From the NCBI GenBank assembly GCA_029856155.1, contig JAHQWL010000021.1:1-55527 (forward strand): DNA of 55,527 bases. The letters are read 5' to 3'. This document shows, in pieces, positions 50,331-55,527 of the stretch. The notes below the pieces were generated by a model. The model did no database searches. It was not told the DNA's origin and saw only the letters and a program-made list of their open reading frames with translations. The position numbers were made by a program, and so were the translations under genes. Position 1 is the first letter of the stretch. Each line of letters begins with the position of its first letter. This DNA comes from Promethearchaeia archaeon (GTDB lineage Archaea > Asgardarchaeota > Lokiarchaeia > Sigyniarchaeales > SOKP01).

Positions 50331-51197
50331 ATGAAAAAGAAATGGTATAAAAGTAAAGTATTTGTAATTACGGGAGCTAGTGGTGATATTGGAAGTGAAG
50401 TGTGTCGTAAATTTGCTCCCTTAGGAATGAGAATGTACTTACTAGATCTACCAAATACACCATTAGATAAGTTGAAGGAGGAGCTTAGAGATTTAGGGGC
50501 GGAATATGTTGAAAGCTTCGATTTTGATGTTACCAATCGAAAGCAGATTGAAGAAGTTATTAAGAAAATTGGTGAAAAAGAAAATTATATCGATATTTTA
50601 TATAATAATGCTGGTATAGGAACCACTTGCTCAATAACTAATGGTGGGACCTTTGAAGAATATCGAAAAATCATGTCTATTAACATTGATGGTATATGGT
50701 TGGTGCTTCAAACAGCACTACCATTTATTGGACGTCCCGCTCCAACTAAAAAATTCCCTGATCGAAAAGAAGGGCAACTCATATTCACTTCAAGTTCAGC
50801 GGGAAAAACGGGGATTCCTAATATGGCAGCTTATTCAATGAGTAAATTCGCTATTGTAGGTTTAGCAAATTCTATTCGATTAGAGTATAAGATGCAAAAC
50901 CACAATATTCAAGTAATAACAATCTGCCCCGCTCCAGTAAAAACTAAATTTTGGGAGTCTACTGCTGAAATGAAGGAGTGGGTTGAGAATTATCAAAAAC
51001 GGGGTATTTTATACAAATTTGTGGATATTAAAGATGTTGCAAAAACAGTTTTGAAAGCTTCCCGCAAATACAAAAGGGAAGTTTTTGTACCGAGATGGTG
51101 GTGGTTATTGGCTTGGTTGCAACTTACAAGTCATAAAGCGGTGGGAAAACTCTTAATAAAAATTGAAAAAAGTAAAAAAAAAATACAGCAAGATTAA
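50331..51197 (+). CDS. Short-chain dehydrogenase/reductase
   Basis: TGASGDIG, NNAG, YSMSK. Confidence 0.92.
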   Translation: MKKKWYKSKVFVITGASGDIGSEVCRKFAPLGMRMYLLDLPNTPLDKLKEELRDLGAEYVESFDFDVTNRKQIEEVIKKIGEKENYIDILYNNAGIGTTCSITNGGTFEEYRKIMSINIDGIWLVLQTALPFIGRPAPTKKFPDRKEGQLIFTSSSAGKTGIPNMAAYSMSKFAIVGLANSIRLEYKMQNHNIQVITICPAPVKTKFWESTAEMKEWVENYQKRGILYKFVDIKDVAKTVLKASRKYKREVFVPRWWWLLAWLQLTSHKAVGKLLIKIEKSKKKIQQD

Positions 51198-51224
51198 AAA
51201 TATTATCTTTCTAGATATTCTATT

Positions 51225-51944
51225 ATGACAAAAAAAGCATTTGAACCTTTTGGTATAGCTCTTGAGGATTTTTATAATGGTAAAAAAGGAGTTGAGGTCA
51301 CATTATGTCGAGATGATGGAATAGAATGGAAAGTACCTATTGAATATTTCTTTCGAGGTCCTGAAAATTTTTCAAATATAGAAAAACAAGCATTACAATT
51401 ATGTAAAGGTAGAGTATTAGATATCGGAGCAGGGGTAGGGCCACATACCTTGGAACTTCAAAAATTAGGTCTTGAAGTTTATGCTATTGATATATCCTCT
51501 CATGCGTGTCAGATAATGAAAAAAAGAGGGATAAAAAATGTTCAATGTATAGATTGTTATAATTTAAAAATGGGTTCATTTGATACCATTCTTTTATTAG
51601 GACGTTCAATCGGGTTTGTAGAGAATTTAAATGGTATGAAAAAATTCTTATTTTACTGTAAAACTCTCCTTAATCCAGAGGGAATTATAATTCTTGATTC
51701 AATAGATTTTCCTTCAATTAAAGAACAAATTCTTCTTAAATATCAGGAAAGAAACCGAAAATTAGGAAAGTATAGTGGTGTGATGGTGTATCAGATAAAA
51801 TACAAAAATATCTTGGGAGATAAAATCCAAAATTTACAAATAGATCCCGATACACTTAAAGAAATAACCCAGGAACTAGGATTCTCTTGCAAGATCCTTG
51901 GTAAGGAAGAAGATGGAATGTATTTAGCGAAGATTTCTACATAA
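51225..51944 (+). CDS. Class I SAM-dependent methyltransferase
   Basis: VLDIGAGVG, AIDIS, LNPEGII. Confidence 0.9.
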   Translation: MTKKAFEPFGIALEDFYNGKKGVEVTLCRDDGIEWKVPIEYFFRGPENFSNIEKQALQLCKGRVLDIGAGVGPHTLELQKLGLEVYAIDISSHACQIMKKRGIKNVQCIDCYNLKMGSFDTILLLGRSIGFVENLNGMKKFLFYCKTLLNPEGIIILDSIDFPSIKEQILLKYQERNRKLGKYSGVMVYQIKYKNILGDKIQNLQIDPDTLKEITQELGFSCKILGKEEDGMYLAKIST

Positions 51945-52048
51945 TGCTTAAAAAGTATTAAATAAAAAATTTCTCTTTTGTTAACAATCTATTTATACAG
52001 GATGGACTTAACTAATTTTATTAAAATCTAAATCGAAAATAAAAAGAT

Positions 52049-52879
52049 ATGGTTTTGCATTATATGCGATTTAAAGATAAAGTAAAAAATTTTTATAAGA
52101 TGTTAATTCATCCCAAGGTTGTGAAATTTTCATGTATTGGGGCCACATTTGTTTGGATTTCCAGTGTAGTGTTAGCAATTCTAATTGGGCAATTAGATCC
52201 TGCTGGTCCTTCTTATGATCCAGCTGGTTTTAATATCTTAATCAATTATATAAGTGACTTGGGTAATCTTGACTTAACACCAATGCCTATAATCATTGAT
52301 TTTGGAATGATGCAAACATCAATCTTAATGATACCCGCTACTTTCTATTTACGAGTTATTTTAATAGGAGACGGATCGAAAAAGTTAAGAAAAGTATTAG
52401 CTAATTTAACGTTAATATCTATGGTCATTGCAATGTGTGGTCTATTTCTAACAGGTGTAATTTCTGAGGATGTCGGAGCAAAATTAGACAGTATTATTGG
52501 ACCCCCTATACCTAATTATTTCTGGCATGATATTGTCGCAGATTTCGCTTTTACTTTTTTCATGATTAGTGGGATTCTTGTTGCTTCGCAATTTATCATT
52601 TTTCCAGATATATTAGAAGTACAAATTGGATTAAAACATATAAAGACAGCTAGGGTTTTATTAGCGATTAACACATGGATTTTAACTCCAATATTCTTTG
52701 GCTTCTTTTATACAGTACCATATTTATGGTATACTGAAGCATTTTGGACCACTTTACCACTTTGGCAATGGGCTCCTTTTTGGGAATGGCTTCTTATGTT
52801 TTCACTCTCGTCATGGATATTAGTCGTATTAAATCTGATGTTATTAAAACCAATAAATAGAGAGTTAAAAAGAAAATAA
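52049..52879 (+). CDS. DUF998-like membrane protein
   Basis: NYISDLG, intramembrane H, WEW; about 6 TMs. Confidence 0.6.
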   Translation: MVLHYMRFKDKVKNFYKMLIHPKVVKFSCIGATFVWISSVVLAILIGQLDPAGPSYDPAGFNILINYISDLGNLDLTPMPIIIDFGMMQTSILMIPATFYLRVILIGDGSKKLRKVLANLTLISMVIAMCGLFLTGVISEDVGAKLDSIIGPPIPNYFWHDIVADFAFTFFMISGILVASQFIIFPDILEVQIGLKHIKTARVLLAINTWILTPIFFGFFYTVPYLWYTEAFWTTLPLWQWAPFWEWLLMFSLSSWILVVLNLMLLKPINRELKRK

Positions 52880-52904
52880 CTTAGTTTTTCTTAGTAATGA
52901 AAAC

Positions 52905-53516
52905 CTAATTCTTTCTTTTTTGTTTTTTCCTTTTATATGTAAGATACCTTTTAAAAATTAAAACTCCGAAACTTAAGATTATCATTACTGTAAAAATAAT
53001 CATAATACCTATATTTTGAAAATCTGTGCCTATAAGCACTCCGTGAATATAAGCTAAAAGTAAAGCAACATAATTGAGAATGTGAAGAATTCTCCAATTC
53101 TTAATGAATTTCTTTCGTAAAAGTGCTCCCAAAATAGCTAAATATATAAAAATAAGTGCCAAACGACCCCCTAAGGACCAGAATCCATACCATGAACTAA
53201 AATCTGGTAAAAATACAGTAATATCTAATCTTAAAATTGCGAATGCGACAGGATGAAGTGTTATTAATATTAACCCTGTAATTGAATATATATGATGCAT
53301 CTTTACAAAGGATTTCCCAAAAATTTTGTATAATTGGACAACAAAAGGGGTCATCATAGTTGCTATAAACATCGATGTAAATCCAAATAAGGCACCAAAC
53401 CTGATAATAAAGTTAAATGCATCTGAGAATGGTGTTAAAAAGAAATAAACTAAGACAAGAATATATAAACTAAGCGTTGCTGTTATTATAATTATTGCTT
53501 CTTTTTTAAATGGCAT
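52905..53516 (-). CDS. Ferric reductase-like transmembrane protein
   Basis: HH...LHP, WRILHILNY...IHG heme-ligand pattern. Confidence 0.75.
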   Translation of the reverse strand: MPFKKEAIIIITATLSLYILVLVYFFLTPFSDAFNFIIRFGALFGFTSMFIATMMTPFVVQLYKIFGKSFVKMHHIYSITGLILITLHPVAFAILRLDITVFLPDFSSWYGFWSLGGRLALIFIYLAILGALLRKKFIKNWRILHILNYVALLLAYIHGVLIGTDFQNIGIMIIFTVMIILSFGVLIFKRYLTYKRKKQKRKN

Positions 53517-53838
53517 ATTTCTATCCTAATTTTATTAATTATTTATTTTTTACATTTATAATTTAAAAATTCTGCATAAAATAAGATATCATTACAATAA
53601 TACCAGGGAATTCTTGTAGTAAGATTGTGGTAACTATAGATTATAGTGAAATGCGGGTTTCACGTATAAATTATGTTTAAATATAAAATTGATTTTTCTT
53701 TAAAAATGTGGGTTCTAATATTTAGTTTAGATAAGTTATAGTTTATTCTACAAGGTTTAAATATTTATCTCCATTAATTTCAAATAAGGCTGAATCTATT
53801 TTATTATAAGTCAAATTTATAATTTAGATGTACTGATT

Positions 53839-55473
53839 ATGGATGAGAACCAAAAATTCGAAGAAATAGTCAATAAAGGAATGGAGGAATATTTTAAGCG
53901 TAATCCGAGAATTGCTGTTTATTTTGGGAAAGAAGAATATGAAAAAGAAGTAGAATCTGGAACAAAGGAGCATATTGAGGAGAATTTAACGTGGTTCGGT
54001 CAATGGATTAATGAGCTTAAACAATTAGATGGTGAAAAATTAAATTTCGAAAATAAAATTTCATTAAAAGTTATGGAATACAATCATAACATCAATTTAT
54101 TTATGCATGAGGCTTTTCCTTCATGGAAAAGATTCCCTAATGGATTAGCCTTTTTTCAAGAGATTGTCTACCTTTTATTCCAGCGAAAAGGACCAACTAC
54201 AGATTTAGCAGAAACTATCATCATATATATAAAAAATTTACCAAAATATTTAGAGGAATTTCAATCGCGTTTTGATGAAACTCCAATTCCAATTGTATGG
54301 AGAGATTTAGCATTAGAAATAATTCAAACAACTCCTAAAATTTTAAAAAGTGTTGCTGAAGCTTACACTGAAACATCAGAAGTAAACCCTTCTCTTAAAA
54401 ACAAACTTTTAGAAGCCTTTAAAGATGTTGAATCAGTTATCCAAAGCCATGTAAAATGGATAAAAAGCTTACCTGTGGATACTGATGAATTTGCCTGGGC
54501 TTTAGGACCTGAAAAATTCGATAAGCTACTGAGTCTACGGAAACTTCCTTGGGATCGAAAGGCACTAATCTCAAAAGGGAATAAGATATTCAGCTTAGGA
54601 TTAAAAAAAATAAAACGAATTCTTAAAGAATTGTATCCTAACAAAACTCTTATTGAGGGAATTAAAGAATTTTTCAAAGAAGACCTAATCCCCACTTTTC
54701 AAGAAGTACTTGAATACACTCGAAGTGAAGCAGAAAGGGCAAAAGAGTTCTTAAAAGTCCATGATCTTGCTACAATCCCACAAGAGAAGTTAGTGATTAT
54801 CGAAACACCTCCCCATCTTGTCCCAATCATCACTAGTGCTGCGTATGATCAGGTTCCTTATTTTAAGAGAGAACAACCAGGAATTTTTATGATTAGTCCT
54901 ACACAAAAAGAATTTCAATCTTATACAAATATATCTCATTTCATGGTTCATGAAGCTTTTCCTGGGCATCATTTGGATTTCACTAGCAATAACATTTATG
55001 CACCTCTTGTTCGATTTTTAGGATTAAATAACTTTACATCGATGGAAACTGCTGAAGGATGGGCTATTTATTGTGAGGAAATGATGTTACAACAAGGCTT
55101 TTATAAAGATACTCAAAAAACTCAACATTTAATTTCAGGAATACAGATGCAATACGCGATGATTACTTTATTGGATATCCAATTACATTGTAGACAACGA
55201 TCAATTATAGAAGCTTGTGAAACTTTGATGAATATCTTGTCATATGGAGAGACAGCTGCCAAAGACACAGTTTTGGATTACACACGTACCCCCGGTTATC
55301 CATTATCTTATCTCACTGGAAAGCTCCTTATTGATAACTTACGTCGGGAAGTGGAAGAAAAAATGGGAGACAAATTTAGTTTAAAGTTCTTTCATGATAC
55401 CATTCTTAGAAGCGGGGATTTACCTTATTTCTTATTAAAAGAATATTTTGAAGAAAAAATAAAAAATCTATAA
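53839..55473 (+). CDS. DUF885 family protein
   Basis: HEAFPGHH, EGWAIYCE, PGYPLSYLTG, FHDTIL. Confidence 0.9.
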   Translation: MDENQKFEEIVNKGMEEYFKRNPRIAVYFGKEEYEKEVESGTKEHIEENLTWFGQWINELKQLDGEKLNFENKISLKVMEYNHNINLFMHEAFPSWKRFPNGLAFFQEIVYLLFQRKGPTTDLAETIIIYIKNLPKYLEEFQSRFDETPIPIVWRDLALEIIQTTPKILKSVAEAYTETSEVNPSLKNKLLEAFKDVESVIQSHVKWIKSLPVDTDEFAWALGPEKFDKLLSLRKLPWDRKALISKGNKIFSLGLKKIKRILKELYPNKTLIEGIKEFFKEDLIPTFQEVLEYTRSEAERAKEFLKVHDLATIPQEKLVIIETPPHLVPIITSAAYDQVPYFKREQPGIFMISPTQKEFQSYTNISHFMVHEAFPGHHLDFTSNNIYAPLVRFLGLNNFTSMETAEGWAIYCEEMMLQQGFYKDTQKTQHLISGIQMQYAMITLLDIQLHCRQRSIIEACETLMNILSYGETAAKDTVLDYTRTPGYPLSYLTGKLLIDNLRREVEEKMGDKFSLKFFHDTILRSGDLPYFLLKEYFEEKIKNL

Positions 55474-55527
55474 TTTGGCACCATTTAAAAGCAAAAATGT
55501 ACAAAGTTTATTTTTTTTCAATTATAG

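Noticed and set aside
921-54972. Many short antisense or nested ORFs in the track (e.g. 2994..3395, 13368..13739, 28961..29320, 50111..50536)
   Set aside because: They are shadows of well-supported genes with no independent motifs

Overview
AT-rich archaeal chromosomal segment, most likely Lokiarchaeia (Asgard). This is inferred from three tandem Rab-like GTPases, a profilin-like gene, IPGY-type (Loki-CTERM-like) anchors and a eukaryote-like SECIS. The main result lies in two gaps of the ORF track. An hdrA-vhuD(mvhD)-frhB/fdhB-like operon (32052->28327, minus) carries five in-frame UGA codons, all at conserved Cys positions: three in HdrA (658 aa) and two in VhuD (150 aa). I found only one SECIS-like hairpin (AUGA/GA core, A-rich loop), placed between vhuD and the frhB-like gene, so one element may serve two cistrons. 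Second, two single cargo genes (DUF998-like at 27 kb, beta-helix protein at 42 kb) each sit between diverged duplicates of the flanking gene-gene junction, consistent with single-crossover uptake of DNA from a relative. Also present: AOR plus ferredoxin, an HdrD-like protein with an inserted GltD/NfnB module, SIR2-TPR, a HerA-like ATPase, bacterial-type GAPDH, an SGNH/arylsulfotransferase/MBOAT island, a SNF2 helicase, two nonsense-interrupted genes and two unannotated small membrane ORFs. No rRNA, tRNA, CRISPR array or transposase was recognised. All calls come from manual reading and motif recognition; no searches were run.
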